NCBI GenBank assembly: GCA_050739955.1
Contig: JBOICI010000036.1
Location: forward strand, 11,656 to 75,655
Origin: Moraxellaceae bacterium
GTDB lineage: Bacteria; Pseudomonadota; Gammaproteobacteria; Pseudomonadales; Moraxellaceae
Length of the DNA: 64,000 bases
Direction: 5' to 3'
Shown here: piece after piece, positions 9,731 through 19,519 of the stretch
Layout of the letters: each line of letters starts with the position of its first letter
Position numbering within the stretch: position 1 is the stretch's first letter
Position numbers and translations under genes: made by a program
Notes under the pieces: model-generated
Seen by the model: only the letters and a program-made list of their open reading frames with translations
The model's database searches: none
Told to the model about the DNA's origin: nothing

Positions 9731-12720
9731 ATTCACGACGTCCCCCCGTATCCCGTTTTGCCCTGCGTCTGACGCCACTGGCGATAGCTCTCAGTCTGCT
9801 GGCAGCTTGCGCCAGCACACCCAAGGAGCCACCTGCGGCGCCACTGGCCAACAAGAACCGCTTCAGCGGCGCCACCCTGGCTGATCTTGAAAGCCGCGAC
9901 ATCCAGGTACAGTCCGACGTGCTGGCCCCGCAGTCAGCGGAAGATGCCCTGAGCAATTATCAAGCAGCACTCGGCCTCTTCCGTGATCCGAGTGCTCGTC
10001 TGGACACCATGCGCCGTATGGCCGACCTCACCATGGAGTCGTCCCAATCGCGCGAAATCGCCGCGGACAAGGGCGTGGGCTCTAACGCCGAGCTGCCTTC
10101 TGCCAATGAAGATCAGCTCTACGAACAGTTCATGCAGGGCATGAGTAGTGCGCGTGATCGCAAGACCGCTACAACAGCCAAGAAAGCGACGCCGGCCAAG
10201 CCCAAGGCACAGGTGAATTACGCCGAAGCCATCGCGCTCTACCAGCAGGTATTGAAAAACGCCCAGAGCGGCCCGGAACGTGCCGAGGCCTATTACAACC
10301 TCGCCAAGGCCTATGACATGAACGGCCAGCGCGATGAGTCTGTAGATGCCCTGCGCAAACTGGTTGATCAGTACCCAGGCAGCCAGAACATCGTCGAAGC
10401 CCAGTTCCGTATCGCCGAATACGAATTCTCCACCGGCCAGTATGTGGCCGCGGCCGATCACTACGGCGAAGTGGTGGCGTCACCGGATAATGCCGAATTC
10501 CGTGACCAGTCCCTCTACAAGCAGGGTTGGGCGCTGTACAAAGCCTCTGATTACGATCAGGCGCAGCCGATTTTCTTCCAGGTAGTGGAAGAGCTGCAGC
10601 CCAAGGCCGCCAACCCCGACAAAAATATCAGCCAGAATGCCCTCAAGCTGTTGGATGACACGTTCAACATCATCAGCTTGGGCTTCATCCAGCAAGATGG
10701 TGCCAAGTCGGTGGCACAGTATTTCAAGAAAGTCGGCGCCAAGGATTACGAAGCCGACGTCTACATGAATCTGGGTGAGACCTATCTGTCCAAGCGCCTT
10801 TATCGTGATGCGGCGCAGACCTTTGATTTCTTCGTGGCTCAGCATCCCTTTGATCCGCGTGCCCCGGAATTCAGCTCGGCTACCATACGCTCCTATCAAG
10901 ATGGCGGCTTCCCGTCGGAAGTGATTCCGGCCAAGGAAAACTTCATCAAGCACTACGGCCCCAAGAGCGAGTTCTGGGCCAAGTCTGACGAAAGAACGCA
11001 TGAAAACATTCTGCCCCTGCTACAGGCACATATCATCGATCTGGCCAAGTACTGGCACGCCACGGCACAGCAGAGCAAGAAACCTGATGACTACCTCAAG
11101 GCCGCTGGCTGGTATCGCGAGCATCTCGCGCTAACACCGCCAGAGTCCGAAGCCATCACCATCAACCAGCTCTTGGCTGAAGCCCTGTTTGCCGCCAAAC
11201 ATTTCGATGAAGCCATCGTCGAGTTTGAAAAAACGGCTTATAGCTACCCAACCAATACCAAGGGACAGGAAGCTGCTTACTTCGCGTTGATGGCCTATGG
11301 CGAGCAAGAGCCCGACATCGAGAAACAGCCCAAAGAGCAGCAGGATATCTGGTGGCAGCGTCGCGCTGAGAGTATTTACAAATATGCCGCCGCCTTCCCT
11401 GCCGACAAAAACACCGCTCTCGTGCTGCAAGGCCTGACCAACGATCAGATTGCCCGCAAGGATCTGGTTGGCGCCATGAAATCTGCCAGCACCATCCTGC
11501 AATTGCAGCCACCCGCACCCGAGGTCGTCCAGAAAGAATCCTGGATGGTGGTCGCTGATGGCGAGTTCGATCTGGGGCGGCCAGAGGCAGCGGAATTTGC
11601 CTACAGCAGGGTCCTGAGCTTTCAAGACATCACGCCCGAGCAGCGCAAGAAATATCAGGAGCGCATGAGTGCATCCGTCTACAAACAGGCGGAAAAAATG
11701 CGTGATGCCAAGGACATTGATGGCGCCGCTGCTGCTTTTCAGCGTGCCGCCAGCGTGTCTACCGACCCCAAGTTCAAGGCCGGTGCCGAGTTTGATGCCG
11801 CCACGATTTATCTGAATGCCGAACGCTATGCCGCTGCCATTCCCATGCTGGTGGCCTTCCGGGGCGCACATCCAGACAGCGAACTGAACTCCACCATCCC
11901 GGACAAACTGGCCCTCTCCTACGAGAAGACCGGCCAGCTGGACAAGGCTGCTGCGGAATACGAAACCATCGCGGTAGCTAATGCCAAAAACAACCCAGAT
12001 GTTGCTCGCGAAGCGCTCATGACGGCTGCTTCCATGTATGAGAAGTCCGACAAGTCTGACGATGCGGCCCGTATTTATCGCAAATACATTGCGGCCTATC
12101 CCAAGCCGGTCGATGCCAATATGGAAGCGACCTACAAGCTCTACGGCTATTACGACAAACAGGGCAATGCCACCGAAAGCCAAAGCCTGCTGCGTGAACT
12201 GTCACGTAGCTTTGATCGCGCCGGCTCTGAAAACACAACGCGCACCAGCTATCTCGGCGCCATGGCCAAGTTCAAACTGAACCAACCTGTTTATGACGAG
12301 TTTGCTGCCATCAAACTGAGCCAACCGCTCAAGCAAAGCCTAGCGAAAAAGAAAGCCGCCATGAAGAAGGCACTGGACGCGTATACGAAAACAGCTGAAA
12401 TCGGCGTCGCCGAATTCACTACTGCATCAAATCACCAGATTGCCGAGATTTACCGGAAATTCGCGGCCGATCTTATGGCTAGCGAACGCCCCAAGGGTCT
12501 CAACGAGCTGGAACAGGAGCAGTACGGCCTGTTGCTGGAAGAACAGGCCACACCTTTCGAGGACAAGGCACTGGATCTTTATGTGGCCAATGCCAACCTC
12601 GCCAAGCAGAACATTTACGACGAGTCCGTGCGCAAGAGTTTCGATGCGCTCGCCAAGCTCTCCCCGGGCCGCTACAACAAGCGCGAGCAGCCAGAAACCT
12701 TTGTTGACGTGATTTATTGA
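9727..12720 (+). CDS. large TPR-repeat lipoprotein (997 aa)
   Basis: Lipobox LSLLAAC. Many YbgF/TPR-type repeats are present (for example AEAYYNLAKAYDMNGQRDESVDALRKLVDQYPGS). ATGA overlap with the upstream gene. Confidence 0.75.
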   Translation: MNSRRPPVSRFALRLTPLAIALSLLAACASTPKEPPAAPLANKNRFSGATLADLESRDIQVQSDVLAPQSAEDALSNYQAALGLFRDPSARLDTMRRMADLTMESSQSREIAADKGVGSNAELPSANEDQLYEQFMQGMSSARDRKTATTAKKATPAKPKAQVNYAEAIALYQQVLKNAQSGPERAEAYYNLAKAYDMNGQRDESVDALRKLVDQYPGSQNIVEAQFRIAEYEFSTGQYVAAADHYGEVVASPDNAEFRDQSLYKQGWALYKASDYDQAQPIFFQVVEELQPKAANPDKNISQNALKLLDDTFNIISLGFIQQDGAKSVAQYFKKVGAKDYEADVYMNLGETYLSKRLYRDAAQTFDFFVAQHPFDPRAPEFSSATIRSYQDGGFPSEVIPAKENFIKHYGPKSEFWAKSDERTHENILPLLQAHIIDLAKYWHATAQQSKKPDDYLKAAGWYREHLALTPPESEAITINQLLAEALFAAKHFDEAIVEFEKTAYSYPTNTKGQEAAYFALMAYGEQEPDIEKQPKEQQDIWWQRRAESIYKYAAAFPADKNTALVLQGLTNDQIARKDLVGAMKSASTILQLQPPAPEVVQKESWMVVADGEFDLGRPEAAEFAYSRVLSFQDITPEQRKKYQERMSASVYKQAEKMRDAKDIDGAAAAFQRAASVSTDPKFKAGAEFDAATIYLNAERYAAAIPMLVAFRGAHPDSELNSTIPDKLALSYEKTGQLDKAAAEYETIAVANAKNNPDVAREALMTAASMYEKSDKSDDAARIYRKYIAAYPKPVDANMEATYKLYGYYDKQGNATESQSLLRELSRSFDRAGSENTTRTSYLGAMAKFKLNQPVYDEFAAIKLSQPLKQSLAKKKAAMKKALDAYTKTAEIGVAEFTTASNHQIAEIYRKFAADLMASERPKGLNELEQEQYGLLLEEQATPFEDKALDLYVANANLAKQNIYDESVRKSFDALAKLSPGRYNKREQPETFVDVIY

Positions 12721-12734
12721 GGCCGCGTGTGAAT

Positions 12735-13613
12735 ATGAGCATTAAACACACTTTCGCACTGAGCGCCCTCGCTGCCGCCCTGTTACTGGCCGGCTGCGCC
12801 AGCACGCCTAAGGCAACGGCGCCAGTGGAAGCCACCGACACTGCGGCGGCAGAGGCCAGCGAACCGGATCTGGTCGATCAGTTGCGTGAGCGTATGGCCG
12901 CAGGCCCTCTGCAGCGCCAGGAAAAAACTGAAGACCGTAAACCCTCTGAAGCCACGGCCGACAGCTCCAAGTCCCCCACCGTGGCTGTCGATCTCGCCAA
13001 GCAACAGGCCGCTGCTGCGATCGGCGCTGATTACGCCAAAGCACTGGGCCTGATGAGCAATGGCAAAGACGATGACGCCTTGGCCTTGCTCAAAAGCGTT
13101 GCGGGAAAAGCGCCCCAATTCTCCGGCCCGCTGGTGAATGAAGGTCTGATTTATCTGCGCAAGCAGAAATACGCCGATGCCGAAAAAGTACTGCAGGAAG
13201 CCATCAAGGTTAATCCGCGTAATCCCTTCGCTTTCAATCTGCTCGGGGTTGCCCTGCGTGAGCAAGGCAAGTTCCCGGATGCCAAGGCGGCTTATGAATC
13301 TGCGCTGGCCATAGACCCCAATTACGCCAAGGCTCATTTCAATATGGGCGTGCTGGCAGATCTTTATATGCAGGATTTGCCGCTGGCCCTGAGCCACTAC
13401 CAGCGCTATCAGACCCTGCAATCCAAACCAGATCCTGCTGTGGCCAACTGGATTACCGATCTGCAAAAGCGCACCGGCACCTATGTGCCGCCGGCACCAC
13501 TGCCCGTGCTACCACCCGTGGAAGAAGCCGGCGCTGATAGCACAGAAGCTGATGCTGCTGCGCCTGTAGAAGCCGCTACACCTGCCGCTGAACCCGTCGA
13601 AGGGAAGCAATGA
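12735..13613 (+). CDS. TPR-repeat lipoprotein
   Basis: Lipobox ALLLAGC. Canonical TPRs are present (NEGLIYLRKQKYADAEKVLQEAIKVNPRNPFAFNLLGVAL..AYESALAIDPNYAKAHFNMG). I preferred the ATG at 12735 over the tracked TTG at 12717. Confidence 0.75.
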   Translation: MSIKHTFALSALAAALLLAGCASTPKATAPVEATDTAAAEASEPDLVDQLRERMAAGPLQRQEKTEDRKPSEATADSSKSPTVAVDLAKQQAAAAIGADYAKALGLMSNGKDDDALALLKSVAGKAPQFSGPLVNEGLIYLRKQKYADAEKVLQEAIKVNPRNPFAFNLLGVALREQGKFPDAKAAYESALAIDPNYAKAHFNMGVLADLYMQDLPLALSHYQRYQTLQSKPDPAVANWITDLQKRTGTYVPPAPLPVLPPVEEAGADSTEADAAAPVEAATPAAEPVEGKQ

Positions 13614-13957
13614 TCATGATGAAAGCAAGCGCAACTGCCCTGCTCTGTCTGGCCACCGCCCTGGCTCCAGCCGCTTTCGCCGCTCCGGCCAAATCAACAC
13701 CAGCGAAAAAAACTACGACTCCGGCCGCGGCCGCAGCTCCTGCTCCAGACGAAGCTTCATCCGAAGGACTGCAAACCGATGTGGTCGGCAGCAAGGAAGC
13801 CCCAGGCGTATTCAATATCGTTTCCTGGAAGGACAAAGCGGTGGAAGTTCCCGTCAAGCAGGTGAGCACCTCCATCTTGCGTGAAACCTTGCAGCCACTG
13901 GATCGCAATGTACTGCGTCGTGAAATCCTGCTGCAGCAGTCCATGAGCCAGCAATAA
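13610..13957 (+). CDS. small secreted hypothetical protein
   Basis: Signal peptide MIMMKASATALLCLATALAPAAFAAP, followed by an Ala/Pro/Thr-rich linker. ATGA overlap with the upstream TPR gene. Confidence 0.55.
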   Translation: MIMMKASATALLCLATALAPAAFAAPAKSTPAKKTTTPAAAAAPAPDEASSEGLQTDVVGSKEAPGVFNIVSWKDKAVEVPVKQVSTSILRETLQPLDRNVLRREILLQQSMSQQ

Positions 13958-14103
13958 GCCACTGAACACAACATCAAAGAACACAAGATGTTGTCGCCAG
14001 CCGTGAAGGCGGCAACACCGGGACGGTGCGGCTTAAGCCAATCTGTCTTTCCAAACAAACACGGGGCAACCATTACAACCATTCGGTAGAAGGAGATTTC
14101 AAA

Positions 14104-14739
14104 ATGTCGATTATCAAGTTTATTCAGGAAGGCGGTTTCTTCATGTACCCCATCCTGCTGGTGCTCTTCTTGGGCTTCGGCATCGTGATCGAACGCGCGC
14201 TGTATCTGGCCAAGGTGGTTAGTACCAACAAGAGCATCTGGGCTGATGTTTACCCGCTGATCACCAAGGGCCAGCTCAAACCGGCACTGGACAAGGTCAA
14301 GGGCAGCGACACCGCCATCGGCCGCATCCTGGCCAACGGCCTGACCCGCAGCCTCAATGCCCGCCGCGTAGAAGATGTGGAAACCGCTATGGAAGAGGGC
14401 CTGATGGAAGTCATGCCGCGCCTGGAAGCCCGCACCTCCTATGTATCCACCTTCGCCAATATCGCCACCCTGCTCGGTCTGACCGGTACGGTGCAGGGTC
14501 TGATCTCCGCCTTCGACGCGGTGGCCAATGCTGATCCCGCTCTCAAGGGTGACCTGCTCTCTGGCTCCATCTCCGTGGCCATGAACACCACCCTGTTCGG
14601 CCTCGTGGTCGCTATCCCGCTGGTGTTGGCTTACTCCTATCTGCAGAACAAGACCAACTCCGTGGTGGAAAGCCTGGAAATGGCATCAGTGAAATTCCTG
14701 AACGCCCTGCGCCAGCTCAGCGCGAACAAGCCTGAATAA
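14104..14739 (+). CDS. MotA/TolQ/ExbB-family proton channel protein
   Basis: Three TM segments and the conserved C-terminal core (ANIATLLGLTGTVQGLISAF...SVAMNTTLFGLVVAIP). GAAGGAG RBS lies upstream of the ATG at 14104. Confidence 0.85.
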   Translation: MSIIKFIQEGGFFMYPILLVLFLGFGIVIERALYLAKVVSTNKSIWADVYPLITKGQLKPALDKVKGSDTAIGRILANGLTRSLNARRVEDVETAMEEGLMEVMPRLEARTSYVSTFANIATLLGLTGTVQGLISAFDAVANADPALKGDLLSGSISVAMNTTLFGLVVAIPLVLAYSYLQNKTNSVVESLEMASVKFLNALRQLSANKPE

Positions 14740-14772
14740 ATCGGCCCTGACATCTAGATAGAGGACCGAATC

Positions 14773-15282
14773 ATGAGCTCGCGCAACAGAACGCGCAGCA
14801 CAGAAGCGGAGCTGGACATCACCTCGTTCATGAACTTGATGGTGATCCTGATCCCCTTTCTGCTGCTGAATGCGGTCTTCACGCAAGTTGCCGTGCTGAA
14901 TGTGTCGCTACCCAAAGATGGTGGTGGCGCAGCAGGCAATGAACCCAAGAAGCCGTTGGTACTGGAAGTAATGGTGTATGGCGACCGCTTTGTCGTTGCC
15001 GACCGCCAGACCGGCCCGCTGAAAACTATCGGCCATGCTGATGGTAAGCCAGCGTACAAGGCACTCAACGATTATCTGCGGGAAGTGAAGACGCAGTACC
15101 CCGCCGTGTCCGAAGCCACTGTTTTGCTGGAGCAAGACACAAGCTACGACGCCCTGATTCACACCATGGACGCCGTGCGCATCATCCAGAGTGAAGTGAA
15201 CGGCAAGCCCACCAAATACGCCCTGTTTCCGGACGTAGGTATTGGTGATGCACCGGTTGATCCGCAAAAGGGAGGTGCATGA
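14773..15282 (+). CDS. ExbD/TolR-family protein (paralog 1)
   Basis: The N-terminus has the conserved LDITSFMNLMVILIPFLLL TM helix containing Asp. A periplasmic ExbD-like domain follows. Confidence 0.8.
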   Translation: MSSRNRTRSTEAELDITSFMNLMVILIPFLLLNAVFTQVAVLNVSLPKDGGGAAGNEPKKPLVLEVMVYGDRFVVADRQTGPLKTIGHADGKPAYKALNDYLREVKTQYPAVSEATVLLEQDTSYDALIHTMDAVRIIQSEVNGKPTKYALFPDVGIGDAPVDPQKGGA

Positions 15283-15785
15283 TGAAATCAAATGCACGCG
15301 CCCTGCGTCTGGCTCGCCGCCAGAAGCGCCACACGCCACAAGCGGCGCTGAACATCACCTCGCTGATGGATATTTTCACCATTCTCGTGTTCTTCCTTTT
15401 GGTGAACTCCGAGAACCCGGCCAAGCTGCCACCGGTGGACAAGATCCAACTGCCGGTTTCGCTGGCGGAAACCGCTCCCAAGCAGAATCTGGTGGTGATG
15501 GTGACCAAAACCGACATCCTGGTACAGGACATGAAGGTGGCTACTGTGGCTGATATTCTGACCACCGATGCCATGCTGATTCCTGCCCTGGCCGAAGAGC
15601 TCAAATACCGTGCCGCCAAAACAGTACCGGTGCTGAATGCCGACGGCATTCCCGAGCGCGAAGTCACGGTGCTGGGCGACAAAGAGCTTTCCTATAAAGC
15701 TCTGCGCAAAGTCATGGCCACACTCAGTGCCAATGATTACTCGAAGATCTCCTTCGGCGTGATCAAAGGAGGGAAGGCACCATGA
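15279..15785 (+). CDS. ExbD/TolR-family protein (paralog 2)
   Basis: LNITSLMDIFTILVFFLLV TM helix with the conserved Asp. ATGA overlap with paralog 1. Confidence 0.8.
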   Translation: MMKSNARALRLARRQKRHTPQAALNITSLMDIFTILVFFLLVNSENPAKLPPVDKIQLPVSLAETAPKQNLVVMVTKTDILVQDMKVATVADILTTDAMLIPALAEELKYRAAKTVPVLNADGIPEREVTVLGDKELSYKALRKVMATLSANDYSKISFGVIKGGKAP

Positions 15786-16732
15786 CTAGCGCCATGATGC
15801 ATCATCTGGAGGCCATGCTGCCTTGGGATGATCTGCCCAGTGACGAGGAACGCAAACGCCGCATTACCATCATCATGCTGACGCTGGCGCTGCTGATATC
15901 GCTGCTCATCATGTTCGTCAAGGTACCGGCACAGCCGCGCTCCGAGGCGGATGCGGTGCCGGAACGTATTGCTCGCGTGATCGAACGCAAGGTTGAGCTG
16001 CCACCTCCGCCCCCTCCCAAACCCAAGGAAGAAGTGAAGGAAGAGGCGCCCAAGGAAGAGGCCAGCAAACCCAAAGAAGCCGCCAAGCCTGCCGAAGTCG
16101 CTCAGGCCAAGGTCAAGGCATCCAAGATTGCCAAAGAAGCCGGTTTGGATTCTCTGGCCAGTCTGCGTGAAGAGTTTGACGTGCCCGTTGTTGGCACTGG
16201 CGGACTCATCACCAGCACCCAGGAGGCCGGCACCAGCCGTAACCTGCTGACCAGCCGTGCAGGCGCCGGTTCCGGCGTGGGTACGGCCTATGCCGGTGGC
16301 GTCAGCTCCGGTTTTGGTGGCGGCAAAGCCGGTGGCAAAGGCAGTGCAGGCATGATGGGCAAGGGCGGTGGCAATCTGCAGGCCGTGGCCAGTGGCATTG
16401 GCACTGCTGCAGCAGCCAGCAAAGTGGGCAAAGACGGCAAGTCGCGTCGTACAACGGAAGATATCCGCAAGATTTTCGACCAGTACGGCGGCAAGCTGAA
16501 CAATGCCTATCAGCGCGCACTGCGTGATGACCCCACCATGCAGGGCACACTGCGCGTCAAGCTCACCATCGCGCCGGACGGCTCGGTGACCAGTGCCAGC
16601 GTTGCCAGCAGCCAGCTCAACAATGCCGAGCTGGAAAGCAAGATGCTGTCGATTGTGCGTGGATTCAACTTCGGTGCCGAAGAAGTGGAAATCTGGACCG
16701 GAACCTACGACATCAACTTCGTCTCGAACTGA
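15782..16732 (+). CDS. TonB-like energy-transducer protein (possible AgmX/PglI-type C-terminal domain)
   Basis: N-terminal TM anchor, a Pro/Lys/Glu-rich spacer (PPPPPPKPKEEVKEE..), a Gly-rich segment, and a C-terminal TonB_C-like fold (GTLRVKLTIAPDGSVTSASV...MLSIVRGFNF). ATGA overlap with ExbD paralog 2. Confidence 0.7.
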   Translation: MTSAMMHHLEAMLPWDDLPSDEERKRRITIIMLTLALLISLLIMFVKVPAQPRSEADAVPERIARVIERKVELPPPPPPKPKEEVKEEAPKEEASKPKEAAKPAEVAQAKVKASKIAKEAGLDSLASLREEFDVPVVGTGGLITSTQEAGTSRNLLTSRAGAGSGVGTAYAGGVSSGFGGGKAGGKGSAGMMGKGGGNLQAVASGIGTAAAASKVGKDGKSRRTTEDIRKIFDQYGGKLNNAYQRALRDDPTMQGTLRVKLTIAPDGSVTSASVASSQLNNAELESKMLSIVRGFNFGAEEVEIWTGTYDINFVSN

Positions 16733-16748
16733 TGCTGCTGGGTAACTC

Positions 16749-16779
16749 AAAAAAGGCGCGGATTTCCGCGCCTTTTTTG
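16749..16779 (+). terminator. rho-independent terminator ending the TPR/Exb cluster
   Basis: AAAAAAGGCGCGGA-TTT-CCGCGCCTTTTTT, immediately after the TonB-like stop codon. Confidence 0.85.
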
Positions 16780-16812
16780 TGCCTGCTCGGCGGCCAGCCC
16801 GCTGCTGCTACA

Positions 16813-18216
16813 ATGCGCTCCCCGACCGAGGTCCGCATGTCCGCAGCCCCCTCCTTCCGCTCCGAACTCCACGCCCTGCTCCTGCTGCTTGGCCCCATCC
16901 TGCTGACCCAGCTCTCGCAGGCTGCCTTCGGCTTTGTCGATACCGTCATGGCCGGTCAGGTGTCGCCGCTGGATCTGGCCGCGGTGGCACTGGGTGCCAG
17001 CCTCTGGCTGCCCATGGTGCTTTTGGTCTCCGGCATCCTTATGGCCACCACACCACTGGTGGCTGCTGCCTGGGGCCGCCGCGACCACGGTGAAGTCCCC
17101 CATGTCGTGCATCAGGCGCTGTGGCTGGCGCTATTCATAGGCGTGGGCGGTGCCGTCCTGCTGCATCATGTCAGCCCAGTCTTTGTCTGGCTGGACACGC
17201 CAGAGCATCTGCGTGAAATGACACGGCGCTATCTCGCCGCCATGGCCTTCGGTCTGCCGGCCATGGCGCTTTTTTCCGTGCTGCGCTGCTACTGCGAGGC
17301 CATGATCAAACCCATGCCGGTCACGCTGATCAGCATTATCGGGCTGTTGCTCAATATTCCCCTTAACTACATCTTCATTTACGGGAAATTCGGAGCACCG
17401 GCGCTGGGTGGCGTCGGCTGCGGCTGGGCCTCGGCCATCTCCATGTGGGCCATGCTGCTGATGCTGGCCACCTATGTGCTGTGCGCCGCTAGCTTTGCGC
17501 AAACCCGCCTCTTACATCAGCGCAGCCGGCCGCAATGGGCCCGCATCAAACCCTTTCTCAAACTGGGCCTGCCCATCGGTATCGCCATCTTTTTTGAAGT
17601 CAGTGTGTTTGCCATTGTCGCCATCCTTATCAGCCCATTGGGCGAGCTGCAGGTGGCCGGCCACCAGATTGCGCTCTCAGTCACCTCGCTGCTCTTCATG
17701 TTCCCGCTCAGTCTGGCCTTCGCCATGACCATACGCATAGGCCACGCCTTTGGTCGTCAGGATCTGGCGGCCATACGCCGTACCCGTCGTGTTGGCCTCG
17801 TCATGCTGGGCTTGTTTGCCTGCGTCACCGCCACTTTTATCGTACTCACGCGTACCTGGCTGGCCGATCTCTACACCGATGATGCTCAAGTCATACATCT
17901 GGCGGCCGATCTACTGTTGTTTGCGGCCGCCTACCAGATTGTCGATGCCCTGCAGGTCGGCGCTGCCGGCGCTCTGCGCGGCCTGCAAGACACAAAAGGC
18001 CCCATGGTACTCACCATGATCTCCTACTGGATTGTCGCCCTGCCCTTAGGCTATGTGCTGGGGCTGACGTTTCTGACCGGCGCGCGCTACGGCCCCTACG
18101 GTTTCTGGACCGGCCTTGTGGCCGGCCTCGCGGTAGCATCGGTGCTGCTCAACTGGCGTCTGCGCAAACAAACGCGCAAGTTACAGCGGCAGGGCTTTCC
18201 CACGCACCGGCACTAA
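16813..18216 (+). CDS. norM: MATE-family multidrug efflux transporter
   Basis: About 12 TM helices. The N-terminal signature LLLLGPILLTQLSQAAFGFVDTVMAG is typical of NorM. The start is placed after the terminator, at ATG 16813, with ATG 16837 as an alternative. Confidence 0.8.
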   Translation: MRSPTEVRMSAAPSFRSELHALLLLLGPILLTQLSQAAFGFVDTVMAGQVSPLDLAAVALGASLWLPMVLLVSGILMATTPLVAAAWGRRDHGEVPHVVHQALWLALFIGVGGAVLLHHVSPVFVWLDTPEHLREMTRRYLAAMAFGLPAMALFSVLRCYCEAMIKPMPVTLISIIGLLLNIPLNYIFIYGKFGAPALGGVGCGWASAISMWAMLLMLATYVLCAASFAQTRLLHQRSRPQWARIKPFLKLGLPIGIAIFFEVSVFAIVAILISPLGELQVAGHQIALSVTSLLFMFPLSLAFAMTIRIGHAFGRQDLAAIRRTRRVGLVMLGLFACVTATFIVLTRTWLADLYTDDAQVIHLAADLLLFAAAYQIVDALQVGAAGALRGLQDTKGPMVLTMISYWIVALPLGYVLGLTFLTGARYGPYGFWTGLVAGLAVASVLLNWRLRKQTRKLQRQGFPTHRH

Positions 18217-18258
18217 GCCCCGGCACCAGCTCGCCCTAAAGCTCAAGGAGGAAGTGTC

Positions 18259-18450
18259 ATGGAAGCCCTGGAAGGCGTATCGCTGCAATGCCCCTACTGC
18301 GGGGAACAAATCGAAATTCTGGTCGACCGCAGCGAGGGCGATCAGGACTGGATAGAAGACTGCAGCGTTTGCTGCCGACCCATCGAGCTCAGCGTCAGCG
18401 GCACGCAGACAGGCGAGTTGCAGGTGCAGGCTCATCGTGAGGATGACTGA
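18259..18450 (+). CDS. CPXCG-motif cysteine-rich small protein
   Basis: 63 aa with CPYCG...CSVCC, a four-Cys zinc-ribbon-like arrangement. AAGGAGG RBS lies upstream. Confidence 0.65.
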   Translation: MEALEGVSLQCPYCGEQIEILVDRSEGDQDWIEDCSVCCRPIELSVSGTQTGELQVQAHREDD

Positions 18451-18543
18451 AGCGCCCACCACAAATCCGCTGGATGCCATTGGCCGATCCGCGCATTCCG
18501 GTTATTCAATGCGCGTCTCTTTCTGAATCGGAAAACAAGAACA

Positions 18544-19323
18544 ATGTCTTGGCACTACATCGAAGCAGGCAGCGGTCGACCGCTGGTTCTGCTGCACGGT
18601 ATCGGCATGTCCTCCCATGCCTGGAAGAAAGTCATTCCCCTGCTGGCGCGTGAGCGCCGCGTGCTGGCCTTTGATGTGGCCGGCTTCGGCCGCACACCCC
18701 GCCTGCCCGCCTGGACCGCCCCCACCGCCGCCAATCTCGCAACTGCTCTCGGTCAAACCCTGCAGGAAATTGGCGTGGCCACGCCCGTGGATATCGCCGG
18801 CAATTCCATGGGCGGCTTTATTGCGCTGGAAGCCGCGAAACAGGGACTGGCGCGCAGCGTAGTCGGCCTTTCTCCGGGCGGGCTCTGGGCAGAAGGCGGC
18901 CTTGCACCGCATATCAGTCTCAGCCTCAAAGCCGCACGCTGGGGCGCCAAAACCGCGCCGGACCTGATAAAGAAAGCCACGGCCATCACACCCTTACGCT
19001 GGCTGACACTGGCTATACCGGTGTCATCGCAAGGCTGGAAAATTCCCAAAGAAGATGCGCTGGCCTGCGTGGCCGATATCAGCGCCGCCATCGGCTTTGA
19101 AGAAACTTTTGCCCATGCCGGTCGTTTTGAAAATGGTCGCGGCATCGACGTGCCGGTGACAATAGCTTTCGGTAGTCGCGACTGGTTGCTGACCAAGTCC
19201 GCACAACAGCGTGATGAATTACCGGCTCACACGCGCTGGCTGAAGCCTCGGGGCTGGGGCCATGTGCCCATGTGGGATGATCCGGAAGGCGTGGCCCAAC
19301 TCATACTGCAAGGTAGCCGCTAA
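18544..19323 (+). CDS. alpha/beta-fold hydrolase
   Basis: HG oxyanion motif (LVLLHGIGMS), nucleophile elbow GNSMGG, and a C-terminal His (GWGHVPMWD). Confidence 0.8.
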   Translation: MSWHYIEAGSGRPLVLLHGIGMSSHAWKKVIPLLARERRVLAFDVAGFGRTPRLPAWTAPTAANLATALGQTLQEIGVATPVDIAGNSMGGFIALEAAKQGLARSVVGLSPGGLWAEGGLAPHISLSLKAARWGAKTAPDLIKKATAITPLRWLTLAIPVSSQGWKIPKEDALACVADISAAIGFEETFAHAGRFENGRGIDVPVTIAFGSRDWLLTKSAQQRDELPAHTRWLKPRGWGHVPMWDDPEGVAQLILQGSR

Positions 19324-19519
19324 AAAATTCCTGGAAGAATTTAAGCCGGGGAAATAATCGCCGTCGCACTACACGCTGAGCCCCCTGAACAGGGGGCGGG
19401 TTATTACGGAGTTGCGGTTTATACGTATATCCGCGTGACTGACTCTTTCTTAAGTTTGGGCGGTGCTCTGCAAAGCACCGCCCAATACCCCCAGAAATGA
19501 ATCAGCAAAGGAGCCCACC

